Made by a program: the position numbers and the translations under genes
Source of the DNA: Macrostomum lignano
Lineage: Eukaryota
Direction of reading: 5' to 3'
DNA length: 64,000 nt
Assembly: GCA_002269645.1 (NCBI GenBank)
Contig: NIVC01002706.1
Location: 84,337-148,336 of the forward strand
The notes under the pieces: model-generated
What the model saw: only the letters and a program-made list of their open reading frames with translations
What the model was told of the DNA's origin: nothing
Database searches by the model: none
Shown: piece by piece, positions 40,828 to 53,454 of the stretch
Numbering within the stretch: position 1 is the first letter of the stretch
Layout of the letters: each line of letters begins with the position of its first letter

Positions 40828-41356
40828 TGGAAGCCAAAGCAGACTTTCAGGAGTTTGTAAAAATTTAAAAAAAAAATTCTGACTTAAGAAGTTAAGGAAG
40901 CAAAAAATGATTTAGAAAACCTTTTACGGGCGGGGTTACAGTAACATGACAGCATGTCGCTGCACGCTGTCGAGTCAAAAGACCTTGCGCTTTCAGAAGT
41001 CAGCATGTCTGATCAGGTGTCAAATTTATAAAAGCGAATTTAAGCATTCACACGATGTCCGTGAAATGCAGAAAAATTGCTTGGATTCTAGGAACTTCCT
41101 TATATAGAAAAGTTTCCCTGTTAGAAATCCTGTGGCCTGCCGGGAGTCCTGTTCCAAACTTTTCTGCCTCCGCTTGAAGCCCGACGTGATTCTCAGCAGG
41201 AAATCGAAACCGAGCAAAACCATTTTGTTGTTAAGGAAAACTCGAGCATCTGTGGGAGGTGACATTTCTTCTCAACTTTTTTTCGATTTTTCAAACACGG
41301 TTTCCAGTTTGAGCGTGTCACTGTGCCTGCGAAGGGGTAGATGAGATGGTAGCTCG

Positions 41357-42477
41357 TATGGTGTACAGTGTCTCTGGTGTACAGTGTCTCTGGTGTACAG
41401 TGTCTCTGGTGTACAGTGTCTATGGTGTACAGTGTCTATGGGGTACAGTGTCTATGGGGTACAGTGTGTCTATGGGGTACAGTGTGTCTATGGGGTACAG
41501 TGTGTCTATGGGGTACAGTGTGTTTATGGGGTACAGTGTCTATGGGGTACAGTGTGTCTATGGGGTACAGTGTCTATGGTGTACAGTGTCTTTGGGGTAC
41601 AGTGTCTATGGGGTACAGTGTCTATGGGGTACAGTGTCTATGGGGTACAGTGTCTATGGGGTACAGTGTGTCTATGGGGTACAGTGTGTCTATGGGGTAC
41701 AGTGTCTATGGGGTACAGTGTCTATGGGGTACAGTGTCTATGGGGTACAGTGTCTATGGTGTACAGTGTCTATGGGGTACAGTGTCTATGGGGTACAGTG
41801 TCTATGGGGTACAGTGTCTATGGGGTACAGTGTCTATGGTGTACAGTGTCTATGGGGTACAGTGTGTCTATGGGGTACAGTGTCTATGGGGTACAGTGTC
41901 TATGGGGTACAGTGTCTATGGTGTACAGTGTCTATGGGGTACAGTGTGTCTATAGGGTACAGTGTGTTTATGGGGTACAGTGTCTATGGGGTACAGTGTG
42001 TCTATGGGGTACAGTGTCTATGGTGTACAGTGTCTTTGGGGTACAGTGTCTATGGGGTACAGTGTCTATGGGGTACAGTGTCTATGGGGCACAGTGTCTA
42101 TGGTGTACAGTGTCTATGGGGTACAGTGTCTATGGGGTACAGTGTCTATGGGGTACAGTGTCTATGGGGTACAGTGTCTATGGTGTACAGTGTCTATGGG
42201 GTACAGTGTCTATGGTGTACAGTGTCTTTGGGGTACAGTGTCTATGGGGTACAGTGTCTATGGGGTACAGTGTCTATGGGGTACAGTGTCTATGGGGTAC
42301 AGTGTCTATGGTGTACAGTGTCTATGGGGTACAGTGTGTCTATGGGGTACAGTGTCTATGGTGTACAGTGTCTATGGTGTACAGTGTCTTTGGGGTACAG
42401 TGTCTATGGGGTACAGTGTCTATGGGGTACAGTTTCTATGGGGTACAGTGTCTATGGGGTACAGTGTCTATGGGGTA
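41357..42477. repeat. 16/18-bp minisatellite in the opposite orientation (right arm)
   Basis: ACAGTGTCTATGGGGT units, the reverse complement of the left arm. Confidence 0.95.
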
Positions 42478-43154
42478 AACTGAGCCCAGTGGTTATACGT
42501 GTTGTATTCTATACTTTGGTTGTACACAGGGCACAGTTTGTATTCAGGCGAGGTGTCTATTAGCACAGAATTACCTGCCCATTTAGGACAGAGACTTCTA
42601 CTGTTCACAAGTATTTTATTCAAATGATCCGTGGTATGGCGGAGAGAAGCTCAATGCTTTACAGAATTAACAATCGTACATATCTCACTAAGCCGGCTCA
42701 GCTACTGCGCAATTCAAAAGCCATTAGCAGTTTTAAGTTTCCCCAAATTCGAACCATACGAGAAACAGAGGCCACCTGTTGAGCAGATTTTTCCCTTCTC
42801 ACCCTTCCCCTCTATTTCTACCCACCGAGAAGAAGTGTGGAATTTAGAGTGGAAGCAGCTCACGAGTAGCTTACAGTCGTCCGGGTGTCGGGTGACAGCG
42901 CAGTGGCAACTCGGCCGTCCGCAGTGTTGTCAAAGCTTGAAAGCCGTCAGTTGGCAGTCGCGATGAAATCCGGTGGTGGCAGATAAGCTAAAGGGGCGAA
43001 GATGGAGAGGCGTTCTAAAATTGGTTAGCTGGCGAAGGTCATTGAGAACCGGTTTCGAATGAAGCGGAAATGCCTTATCTATACCGATAGGGGGTTGGTT
43101 ATAAATTTATTATACCCCAGAATGCTGCTATATTTTAGTGCTTTAATGCTTTTG

Positions 43155-43398
43155 TAGCGGGAGGTTGTAGTGGTTACAGCATCGGACTCACGACTCGATG
43201 GTCGGGGGTTCGATTCTTGACCCACTCGGAACAATTTGTGCCCTTGAGCAAGAAGACACTTAACTCTGCATTGCTTCAGTTCACCCAGCTGTAAAATGGG
43301 TGCCAGCATTAGCTGGGGTAATTGAGGCTGTGTGTGGCGACCCCCCAGTCCTTGGACTGAACAGCCGTACGCAGCCTTCAGATGCGCTGCGCAATAGC
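43155..43398 (+). mobile_element. tRNA-derived SINE, copy 1
   Basis: A-box-like TAGTGGTTA and B-box GGTTCGATTC, followed by the conserved-core-like CCCTTGAGCAAG..CTTAAC..CAGTTCACCCAGCTGTAAAATGGGT. A second copy lies at 47506-47728. Confidence 0.8.
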
Positions 43399-43817
43399 TG
43401 CGGCTGAGCTGTCGGTTGCACATCTGGCCCAATTGGGACGGGTGTAATTAAATGTTATTTATTATAATCTAGTCAGTCAGCTTGCAGTCAGATAAATGAC
43501 AACTTTATGATATGAATAATGAGATGAAGGCGAATCGGAAAAAAATTGGAACAAAAAAATCTGTTTTTTAGCAGCAGAGCGACGTTAATTTAATTTTGGC
43601 GATCAAGTTTCCTCTTGATCGAGATCAAAGCGACTCAATATTGAATTTCTCTCGGCTAGGACAGAGCTCTCTTTGTTCGGTTGTATCAGTTTTTTGCTGT
43701 TAGCCTTTGAAACATCTGAAAGCCTGTTTAGAACGCATTTCTGCAGAAAATCCTGTTCCGTCTTGATTCAGCCAGTATTTTTTTATCTTTTAAAGACGCG
43801 AGAGGCGTTCCGTCTTT

Positions 43818-44665
43818 GGGCGCCAAACCTGCTGTAATCTGGGCGCCAAACCTGCTGTAAAAGGGGCGCCAAACCTGGTGTGTAGGGGCGTAAAACCTAC
43901 TGTAAGGGGGGCACCAAACCTGTTGTAACAGAGGCGCCAAACCTGGTGTGTAAGGGGGCGCCAAACCTGGTGTGTAAGGGGGCGCCAAACCTGCTGTAAT
44001 GGGGGCACCAAACCTGGTGTGTAAGGGGGCGCCAAACCTGGTGTGTAAGGGGGCGCCAAACCTGGTGTGTAAGGGGGCGCCAAACCGGGTGTGTAAGGGG
44101 GCGCCAAACCTGCTGTAATGGGGGCACCAAACCTGGTGTGTAAGGGGGCGCCAAACCTGGTGTGTAAGGGGGCGCCAAACTTGCTGTAATGGGGGCACCA
44201 AACCTGGTGTGTAAGGGGGCGCCAAACCTGGTGTGTAAGGGGGCACCAAACCTGCTGTAATGGGGGCACCAAACCTGGTGTGTAAGGGGGCGCCAAACCT
44301 GCTGTAATGGGGGCACCAAACCGGGTGTGTAAGGGGGCGTCAAACCTGCTGTAATGGGGGCACCAAACCTGGTGTGTAAGGGGGCGCCAAACCTGGTGTG
44401 TAAGGGGGTGCCAAACCTGGTGTGTAAGGGGGCGCCAAACCTGCTGTAAAGGGGGTGCCAAACCTGGTGTGTAAGGGGGCGCCAAACCTGGTGTGTAAGG
44501 GGCGCCAAACCTGGTGTGTAAGTGGGCGCCAAACCTGGTGTGTAAGGGGGCGCCAAACCTGGTGTGTAAGGGGGCGCCAAACCTGGTGTGTAAGGGGGCG
44601 CCAAACCTGGTGTGTAAGGGGGCACCAAACCTGGTGTGTAAGGGGGTGCCAAACCTGCTGTAAGT
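43818..44665. repeat. 24/23-bp compound minisatellite
   Basis: GGGGGCGCCAAACCTGGTGTGTAA / ...CCTGCTGTAAT units. Confidence 0.94.
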
Positions 44666-45584
44666 TGGCGCTAAATCTTGAAAGCTGAAGGTTACTGTTC
44701 AAACTTTCGAAAGGTCCAATTTGAACAGAGAGCACTAACAAAAAAAGAAAAGCACGCATGAAACAACGCGCAAGTTAAAAACAAGACCATCAGCTTCGGT
44801 CTGAAAGCGAACTTGTATTGTTAGCAGACAAAAAACTGCTTGGGAGGCAAAGGCAAAAATTTGAAGCAGCACTATTGCGCACTGATCTGAGAAGAAAATA
44901 CCGTACAGGAGCTGAAACCTGTGGCTCAGCTCTGTTAACTCTGCCAGTTGGGGGCTTGGGATGGGAGAATAAAATTGGCAGAACAATTGCAACGGAAGCT
45001 GCTGCAGCAGCAGCTCCGCCATAGCGGCCGAGAAGCAACGGGAAGAGAATTATTGATTTAAAGAAAAGAGAGAGGGGGAAGAAGGGCTGCAGGGCGGTGT
45101 CGAGTTTCTGCTAAAGAAGATGCAGCCAAGAGGCAGGGCAGGGCGGCGCTGAGGACAGAAGACAGTTGGGCGGTCTTAGATTTCTGCTTTGAGCAGTGAC
45201 TGATCATTAATTAGATAATGATGTTAATCCGTAAAACTGTCTTGCATCACGAAACTTCACCCGGCATGGCCAAGGCAGGTCTTTTTGGTTTCTTAGCAAA
45301 AAAATCTGGAGCCGCAGCACTCCTCACTTGAAGCCTTAGAGGAAATGGGCTGTTCAATTACCGTAGAATTTGAAAATAACAACTCATATTTTTAGGGTTG
45401 GCTTTAGCGTTTACTGGCACATCTATTAATAGTAACCAACGGTGAAAATAAAGGTAACTCCAATGTCAAGGTAAAGTAAAACGAAAGCAATAAATCTCAT
45501 CGGAGACTGAAATCTAATTTGCTATTTCTGTTTTCAGAATTTTTTCTCAAACTAATCTTGCACCTGCACACCACTACAGAATCA

Positions 45585-45800
45585 AGGAAATTCCCAAGCT
45601 ACAGCCGATTGCAAGGGAATTCCCAAGCCACAGCCGGTTGCAAGGAAATTCTCAAGCTACATCTGATTTCAAGGGAATTCCGAAGCTACAGCCTATTGCA
45701 AGGGAATTCCCAAGCTACAGCTGATTGTAAGGGAATTCCGAAGCTAAAGCCTATTGCAAAGGAATTCCCAAGATTCCAAAGGGAATCCCCAAATAGCTAG
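45585..45800. repeat. Degenerate 29-bp repeat
   Basis: GGGAATTCCCAAGCTACAGCCGATTGCAA units. Confidence 0.8.
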
Positions 45801-45912
45801 GGAAGCTACAGCTGTTTTCAAAGAAACTCCCAATCAGCAAACCATATGGAAATCCCAATATCCCAGGCCTCAGTCTTGAATAAGTCGCCAGACGCCAGAC
45901 CATCCCGGTCTC

Positions 45913-46177
45913 TCAAGCAATAAAGCGACTCCCGGGCACCAGGTAGCTCCGGCCCTCGTTGTTCAGGCCTCGATGGCAGACCCGGCAGGCTCCGACGATG
46001 CAGTCCGCGTGGTCCAACGGCAGCAGGCCGCCGCGACCGCCGCCGTCAGAGCGGCGCAGCTGCAGCTCCTGGTAGTCCCGCTCGCGCTTGGCCTGTGCAG
46101 CCAGCTCCCAATGCTGTTGCAGCTGGCGCTCCGTCTGGATGGTGCGGGCGTAGCGAGCGGCGCGGTCGCGGACGAAG
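45913..46177 (-). CDS. CCDC81: CCDC81-like coiled-coil protein, terminal exon
   Basis: TTTACCAG| acceptor, phase 2. Translation DFVRDRAAR...QQHWE...LDHADCIVGACRVCHR...YLVPGSRFIA*, matching the CCDC81 C-terminal W...LLD..CxxC...PGSR pattern as recalled. Confidence 0.8.
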
Positions 46178-46494
46178 CTGGTAAAGGGTTTTGATAATAG
46201 TAATTATAATTAATAGTAAACAATAAATTAAACTCGAACTTACGAAATCCCAAAAGGGGAATCCTAGTATACTCTGTGGGAATCCCAACTGATTAGGGAA
46301 ATCCTAGAAAGCATTAAAATGCTAGTATAATCCTTGGAAATCCCCAAAGTTTAGGGAATTCCAAAAAGCAGGGGAATCCTAGTATAATCAGGGGAAGTCC
46401 CTACAGGTCATGGAAAACCCACAAAGCTGAACAAACTCTGTAATTTAAGAATGTAACAGCAAGAAGCTTCAGAAATTATCTTCAAGCAAACAGG

Positions 46495-46700
46495 GCTCAT
46501 TAAGCTTCGGGAATCCCAAGAAATTGGCTCATTAAGCTTCGGGAATCCCAAGAAACTGGCTCATTAAGCTTCGGGAATCCCAACAAACTGGCTCATTAAG
46601 CTTCGGGAATCCCAACAAACTGGCTCATTAAGCTTCGGGAATCCCAACAAACTGGCTCATTAAGCTTCGGGAATCCCAAGAAACTGACTCATTAAGCTAC
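46495..46700. repeat. 32-bp intronic minisatellite
   Basis: GGCTCATTAAGCTTCGGGAATCCCAACAAACT units. Confidence 0.9.
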
Positions 46701-47505
46701 AGTTGCGCTATCGCATGTAAGTTTTTCACAGCCTTCTTACCCACCAAAGGACTCTCTGGGACCTTTTTTACAAGCGAGAGGCTTCCTTGCGTCACGGAAA
46801 GGAGAGATCTTTTTGAAGAGCCGCTCAGAATTCAAAGAACAAAATAATTTTGGGCTTCACTGAAGCAGATACAGTGCAGCCAAAAGGAAATCGATACATC
46901 ATGGAAAAGAGAGATACTAAAAGATGTGGATCTCTCCACTTTCTCTTCTTATAAGCAAAAATAGCTGGCCAAGTCATGAAGAATTCATACGGATAAAATT
47001 GTTTTGTAGGGAGGCCTGTTCCTCGTTACACCCAAGGTTGAGCTGAGTTCAGTTGAGTTCACTGGCACTGGGACGCCTATTCTTCTCACTCACTGTCAAT
47101 TTTCCACTCCTCCACTTTGCATACTAAGCTTGAAGGCTTCCCACGACAAAAGGTCTTGGCAACTTGAAAGTTGCAACCCAGCACTACTTAATGGTACGCG
47201 AAAAAGTGAATATGTGCATCTCATATCTGCATTTACTCTAACTTTACTACTTGATTCTAGTAGTACTTTGAAGATATTACGACCTGTCAATCCTGTTTAT
47301 CAAGGTTGGCAGCGATATTAGCTGCACAGCGTTTTATAAGTTTTTCTGATCAATATCGGATAATCGAAATCCTGACCGATTATCCGATGGTGTGAATAAC
47401 TATGAATTCACCTCACTGTAAATTCGTCACTACAAAGTTAAAGACCCACACCAATTATTTTCCACAAAAAAGAAAGTCAGAATTACTGTACAATTGTACA
47501 CCTTA

Positions 47506-47728
47506 GTATTGCGCGGCGCATCTGAAGGCTGCGTACGACTGGGAAGTCTCCTCACACAGCCTCAATTACCCCACCTAATGCTGGCACCCATTTTACAGCT
47601 GGGTGAACTGAAGCAATGCAGAGTTAAGTACCTCGCTCAAGGACACAAATTCTTGAGTGGGTCGAGAATCGAACCCCCGACCTTTCAGTGGCGAGTCGGA
47701 CGCTCTAACCACTAGGCTGCCACCCACA
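47506..47728 (-). mobile_element. tRNA-derived SINE, copy 2 (in a CCDC81 intron)
   Basis: Reverse-complement match to copy 1, including TTTACAGCTGGGTGAACTGAAGCAATGCAGAGTTAAG and GAATCGAACCCCCGAC. Confidence 0.8.
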
Positions 47729-47729
47729 T

Positions 47730-47895
47730 AGACAATCGACGATAATAGACAATGCGCCATACACAATGGACGATGCGCCATAGACAATGGACGATGCGCC
47801 ATAGACAATGGACGATGCGGCATAGACAATGGACGATGCGCCATAGACAATAGACGATGCGCCATAGACAATAGATGATGCGCCATAGACAATGG
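47730..47895. repeat. 21-bp minisatellite abutting the SINE head
   Basis: CGCCATAGACAATGGACGATG units. Confidence 0.88.
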
Positions 47896-48013
47896 AAAAT
47901 CTAGATTTCTGATCAAAGCGTGGCGAGGCAAATCAGGCAAGCAGCGAATCCCCCCCTCTTAAGGCATAGAGAGTTTACACTGTCTGAGTCAAGGCCCATC
48001 CAGTTCTACTCAC

Positions 48014-48603
48014 TCTTCCTTGGCGCGGCGGAGAGCAGACTCCTCGCGGCGCTGCTCAGCGGCGCGGCGCAACAGCTCTTGCCGGCGCCGGTCTTCCACT
48101 GCTTTCAGCTGCTGCCGCGCGGTCTCTTCGGCGGCCTTCTTCCGCCTGGCCTTGTCCTCTTCGTCCTCGCCGGCGGCAACGGCGTCGCCAAACACCGGAA
48201 CAGAAGAATCCGGCAAGCGCGCTGGGAGCGGCGCCGGACGCTGGCGCAGCTGGACCGACAGTGCGCGCTGATAGCGCTCCGCCCGATCGAGTCGCTCGGC
48301 TCGCTGGCGCGCTCGCTCTTCCGCAGCGGCCTGCGCCGCCTGCGCCGCCTCCATTCGAGACCGGCTGGCGGCTTCGGTTGAGCGGCGCAGCTTCTCCGCG
48401 CGCCTATCAGAAATTTGGCGCACCAGCTCAGCGCCGAAGGTCGCCTCGCGCACCAGCCTTGGCGGAGTTCTCGGCCGATCGCTGAAGATGTACATCGGTC
48501 CACCGTCCGCTTTTCTGGTACCGGCGCTCATGCCAGCCTCGGCGGCGCTCCGGTTGTAGGTGGACACCCGGGCAGCCTCCGCGCGCTTCGCCTGCTGAGC
48601 AGT
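48014..48603 (-). CDS. CCDC81: CCDC81-like, coiled-coil exon
   Basis: CACAG| acceptor and GA|GTGAGT donor. Motifs TYNRSAAEA, YIFSDRPRTP and YQRALSVQLRQRPAPLPARLPDSSVPVFG correspond to CCDC81 (AYNLGVAEA / FLFDKRPLSP / YKRALDAQ..PDSSEPIFG). Confidence 0.85.
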
Positions 48604-48728
48604 CTGTGATTTTCATCATGACAGTAAGTGGTATTATCTGAATAAAATGGCCTTGTTCTACGATTCAAGTCAGCTGTTTTTCATCTGAAAATCAGATAGA
48701 GTTCTAGACGGACTGGAGTGAGACTCAC

Positions 48729-49228
48729 CTTCTCAGCAAGAACTAACTCTTGCTCTTTGGCTTTTGAAAACTCCAGCAGAAGTCGATCGGCTTCTCGTTC
48801 GCGACGCTTCTTGGCCTCCCTCTCGGCAGCTCGGGCTGCGCCATCGGCCTCAGTAGCGTCGCTGCACTTCTGCCGTCGCTTGCAGGGACCGCAGATATCG
48901 CTGGCCTCAACACGCTGTTCGACAAGCTTTTTGTCTTTCGGAGGTGACGGAGGCGGCGGCAGTCGAGTTGTATCGTCTGTAGCTGCCTCTGGCGTGGCCG
49001 GCCTTTCGGCTTCTATCGATGTGTCTTCAGGGACGAACTCGAATGCTTCGTATTGACTTTCATTAGCTCTGCGAATTTCCGGCAACTCATTTTCTGGAGC
49101 TGCCAGCTGAGACGGAGTTCTTGTCGCCGATTTCGTTTTCTTCGCTTTGGCGGGAGTTCGAGCCGCCGCCGTCGGAGCTCGCTCTGTGATAACTTCTACT
49201 GGCCTCGTCGAGTCGACGGCTAAGATAG
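48729..49228 (-). CDS. CCDC81: CCDC81-like, middle exon (low-complexity linker, CxxC, start of coiled coil)
   Basis: CTCTTCAG| acceptor (phase 1) and AAG|GTGAGT donor (phase 0). The 500 nt are open in frame and contain CGPCKRR. Confidence 0.8.
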
Positions 49229-49667
49229 CTGAAGAGTGGCAGGGAATATTTATATGAGGGCTGTGAACAACATGACACGAGTCCTTAGGTAAAATCTTCC
49301 CGATCAGTGCGATCATATAACACTCGATAACTTTGCGGATTAACAGTCTCCCACAGCATTCTTCCTGAATTTCATTCGACAAACCGCCTCAAACGGTCAA
49401 ACCTAACTTATATTAGTTTCACATGATCGTATTAAATAGCAGACGGTATAAAATTGTCCATTAAGTTATGAAATACACAGGGTGGTCCAGAAAGGTCTCC
49501 CGGACTACAAACAGTTTTCTCTGCACTGGATTGATGGATTGGGCTGAAACTTGACCTGCTTAAACTTTATTCTGAATATATTTTTTATCTAAAAATCTTA
49601 GCAATTGCTAAGTATTGCTAAGTATTTTGATTTTCCTTATTGCTATTGAAATTGGAAAGTTGCGGAT

Positions 49668-49965
49668 CGACTGTCGCCTCGATTGGTCTCTAGCTAACAA
49701 TGTCACGGGTCGACTGTCGCCTCGATTGGTCTCTATAGCTAACAATGTCACGGGTCGACTGTCGCCTCGATTGGTCTCTAGCTAACAATGTCACGGGTCG
49801 ACTGTCGCCTCGATTGGTCTCTATAGCTAACAATGTCACGGGTCGACTGTCGCCTCGATTGGTCTCTATAGCTAACAATGTCACGGGTTGACTATCGCCT
49901 CAATCGGTCTCTAGCTAACAATGTCACGGGTTGACTGTCGCCTTGATCCGTCTCTAGCTAACAGT
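49668..49965. repeat. 43/45-bp intronic minisatellite
   Basis: TCGACTGTCGCCTCGATTGGTCTCT(AT)AGCTAACAATGTCACGGG units. Confidence 0.9.
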
Positions 49966-50014
49966 GTCATATCACAAACCAAATATAGAAAATCCGCAGC
50001 CTGTATCCCGTTAC

Positions 50015-50295
50015 CACTGGCGCTGTTCGTCTCCAGCCCGCCAAGAGGTTTCAGTCTCGCCCCGGGTCGCTGCCCGCCTCCCAACGGGTGCAGCCTGTCG
50101 GGATAGTTCGCCTCGAACGGCACGCTGACGTGTCTTATCGAGGCAGAAAGCGGGGCGAACTGCAGTGCCGCAGCGCCGCCCAACGGCAAAGACACCCTCT
50201 CTCCATTCTGGTTGTGCACGATGGCGAATTGCTGCGTTCTGGCGTGCTTCCGCGGAGCCTGCATGTCGCTGACTGATTCGTCGATGCGCTTGTTT
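50015..50295 (-). CDS. CCDC81: CCDC81-like, upstream exon (5' boundary uncertain)
   Basis: G|GTAACG donor, phase 1, fits the next exon. ORF 49911..50264 gives MQAPRKH...NSAS. The acceptor at 50295 is tentative and further 5' exons were not resolved. Confidence 0.55.
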
Positions 50296-52991
50296 CTTTA
50301 TTCAGAAAATTTTCACCGGAAAAGACAAACGGCGATTGGCGCGAACAAACAAATCTGTTTGCGTCCGGCAAAGTGGCGGTGGAGAAAATTTTTGCCTCAA
50401 TGCGCCGGTGAATTCTCTAATAAACTGGAGAAGAGTTCGCTGCCTCCCCTCACAGGCCAACTAGCCAGCCAACCACTGTGTTGAGCAGTGCTGAGTAGCC
50501 TCTCTGGAGTCATAGTTTCCCTTGGTAACCCGATCAGGTGCAGATTCATCCTTCCCAACGAAGGAGCCGTCCACCCTAGCTACGCTCTGACTCCTCCAGC
50601 ATGCCCGACTGCTATATCCGTTGCGGCCAGCAGCAGCGCTCGGTAAAGTTGAATAATTCAACGATCCAGCCTGCCCTCCCCCGCTGCGTCCACCATCAAG
50701 TCAGGCTGCCGGTCCTCTGAGCTGTTTGGTATAGCTGCAGCTGGAATAGAGTTTACTAGCTAAGAGAAAGGATCTTTAGAAAAGCACTGAAGTTGTGTGC
50801 ATTACTAGCGCCAGATGCTCGTAAGGCTAACTGTAGCGGCTCTTTTTTAAATCCGCAATTTTTGGCTTTGGGCAATTATCCCTCTCTAGCTCTTTCTCTC
50901 TCTTTCTACCGCACTACATGTATATCACTTCCCACGCAGGCGGGGTCGTAAAGCGCCATCGATACCAATTTGTCCATCTATTATCTGCCCATCCGTAATA
51001 GGCAATAAATGGAACGGTCATGAGTACAGGCAACCAGGTAATAAATTTAAATTATTTAGCGATACATAAAGCGCAAGGCTTTACTTGTAGAATATCGGCA
51101 CTATACATCTATATACAAAAGTTGAACTGCAAGCTCTACGCGGATGTACCCGTAGAAACTGATTTAAACTTTCAATTAGCCAGCCACTTGACTTCGTAGC
51201 CCTGCTTCCAAACTGCTGATGCTTCTTTGCTTTAACCATATTTTTCCTCAGGAAACAAGCATAAGTGACTGTACAAGGTCGAATGCTACTGTACATGTAT
51301 TTAATTTAAAAGTTTTATTCCTTTCGCGTTGCCTCCCCACAGGATGGGGGCTGAAGATTGCTAGTTCAATCGATTAAACATTTTAGTTAGGAGCGGCTCA
51401 AGCCAACGAAGCACATAATACAACCGAAATTATTTGGATACAATATGAATTAATATTATGCTTCGAGAAAACAGAGGCACAACTTATTGTTTAATCACTT
51501 GACATTGTTTTTCAACCAATTTGTAAACTGGATTTACCCTAGGAACACCAGAAGTTACCGTTTGTATCAGGACGTAACACTCGCAAATACTGTATAGCAA
51601 AATAGCAATGCTTTGTTGAAGGCCTTTAAATAATTTTCAACTTACGAGCTACGAGCGTATTTACGAGTGCTGCGTCCTGATACAACGGCAACTTCTAGCG
51701 GTCCTTGTTGAGTAAACCAAGGGTCAACAACCTCCGGCCCGCGAAGAGCCAAGCTGCTCTGGACTCTTTCGGCTGGCCGGTCTGTACGTTCGCGCCCACT
51801 AGACGCTGCTTTATGACTTTCCAGCTCATCATATTGTTGCAGCTGGAGTCCTCAGACCGGGGATCTTATTTGTGCTTTTTAAATCTTCCTATAGTCTTAT
51901 AAATAGATTCGCGGAGACTTTTTTCTCTGCCCTTTTGTTAGATATTGTTATGACTTCTTATGACCCTGAGCTTGTGCCCCAGCAGCTGTTCCGCTGGTGA
52001 CGATCCCGCTTTGTTGTTTGATGCGCGATAAAACAGCAAGAAGCGGTCAACAGACTCTTGACTGAAGCCATTTGCCTTGATGCTTTCTTTTAGCGTGCGT
52101 ACGAACCGCTCTGCAACCCCATTACTTTGTGGGTGATAAGCTGCGATAGTTAGGTGCTCACAGTCAATTCCTGCCAACCACTCCGTAAAGTCCTTGCTGA
52201 TAAAGCATGGTCCGTTATCTGACGCAGTGTCCTTGGAATTCCAAGCTGAGAAAATGTCCTCCTGAGACACTGAATGACAGTTCGAGAAGTCATATCTTTG
52301 GTGACGTGGACTTCAGGATACCCGCTGTACGAATCTACCAGAACGAGCATGTAGTGGTTGTCGATCGGTCCTGCAAAGTCGATATGAACTCGATCCCAAG
52401 GACCCGCAGCTTCAGGCCAACTGGAGCGAAAATTCCTATTTTGCGGTTTTGCGGTCCTACAGATCTGGCACAAACCGACTGTCCGTTCGATATCGCTGTC
52501 CATGGCTGGCCACCAAACTCCGCACGAGCCAAGGATTTGATGCGGGACATTCCCAAATGAACTTCGTGCACTGCTGCAATTGCTTTCATGCGTAAGGATT
52601 TTGGAATAATGATCCTGTGGCCTCGAAGAATAACATTGTCCTGAACGCAAAGTTCTTCTCGTACATTTTTGAAAGGTCGCAGCCTAGGGTGTTTTAAGCT
52701 TCCCGTCGTTATAGCGCTCTTCAGCATGCGCATTTCGTTACACCGCTTCGTTGCCAACCTGATTTCTTCCAGAGACTTTGTAGTTGATACCGTGTGAATG
52801 TTACCAATCTCTAGCGTTTCACCGCTTCTTCCTTGCGGAACCAATCTTGATAGCGCGTCAGATGCCCTAGCTTTAGATTTACGATACTCGATCTCGTAAT
52901 CTTACGCCGTGAGAAATATCGCCCATCTCTGCAGCCTTGCAGACACTCTCGATGGTAGCTCTTTGTCACAGGCTAAGATGTAAACGAGAGG

Positions 52992-53454
52992 GGTGGATTT
53001 CACAAACGCGAAATTTCACAACCGCTAAAAGCACTTGCTTTCATAAACGCGAAACTTCACAAACGCGAAACTTCGCAACCGCTAAATTTTCTGCAGTCAC
53101 TTTCATAAACGCGAAACTTCACAAACGCGAAACTTCGCAACCGCTAATTTTTTTGCAGTCACTTTCATAAACGCGAAACTTTACAACCGCTAAACTTCAC
53201 AACCGCTAAATCACCTACTTTCATAAGCGCTAAGTTTCATAAACGTGAAACTTCGCAACCGCTAAATTTTTTGCAGTCACTTTCATAAACGCGAAACTTC
53301 ACAACCGCTAAACTTCACAACCGCTAAATGTCATCTACTTTCACAACCGCGAAACTTCATTACCGCGAAACTTCACAACCGCTAAAATTTTTGCACTTAC
53401 TTTCGTATACAACAGTCTTTTTAGACTGTTTTTTATGGTCTTAATAAAAAAAAT
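52992..53454 (+). mobile_element. 463-bp non-autonomous insertion with internal tandem repeats, 3' hairpin and A-rich end
   Basis: Flanked by AGAGG at 52987-52991 and 53455-53459. Removing it restores the Gypsy RNase H frame NHRPLVYILACDKELP. Confidence 0.75.

Noticed and set aside
50400-51940. 3' LTR and polypurine tract of the Gypsy element
   Set aside because: No TG...CA-bounded direct repeat pair is visible in the window.
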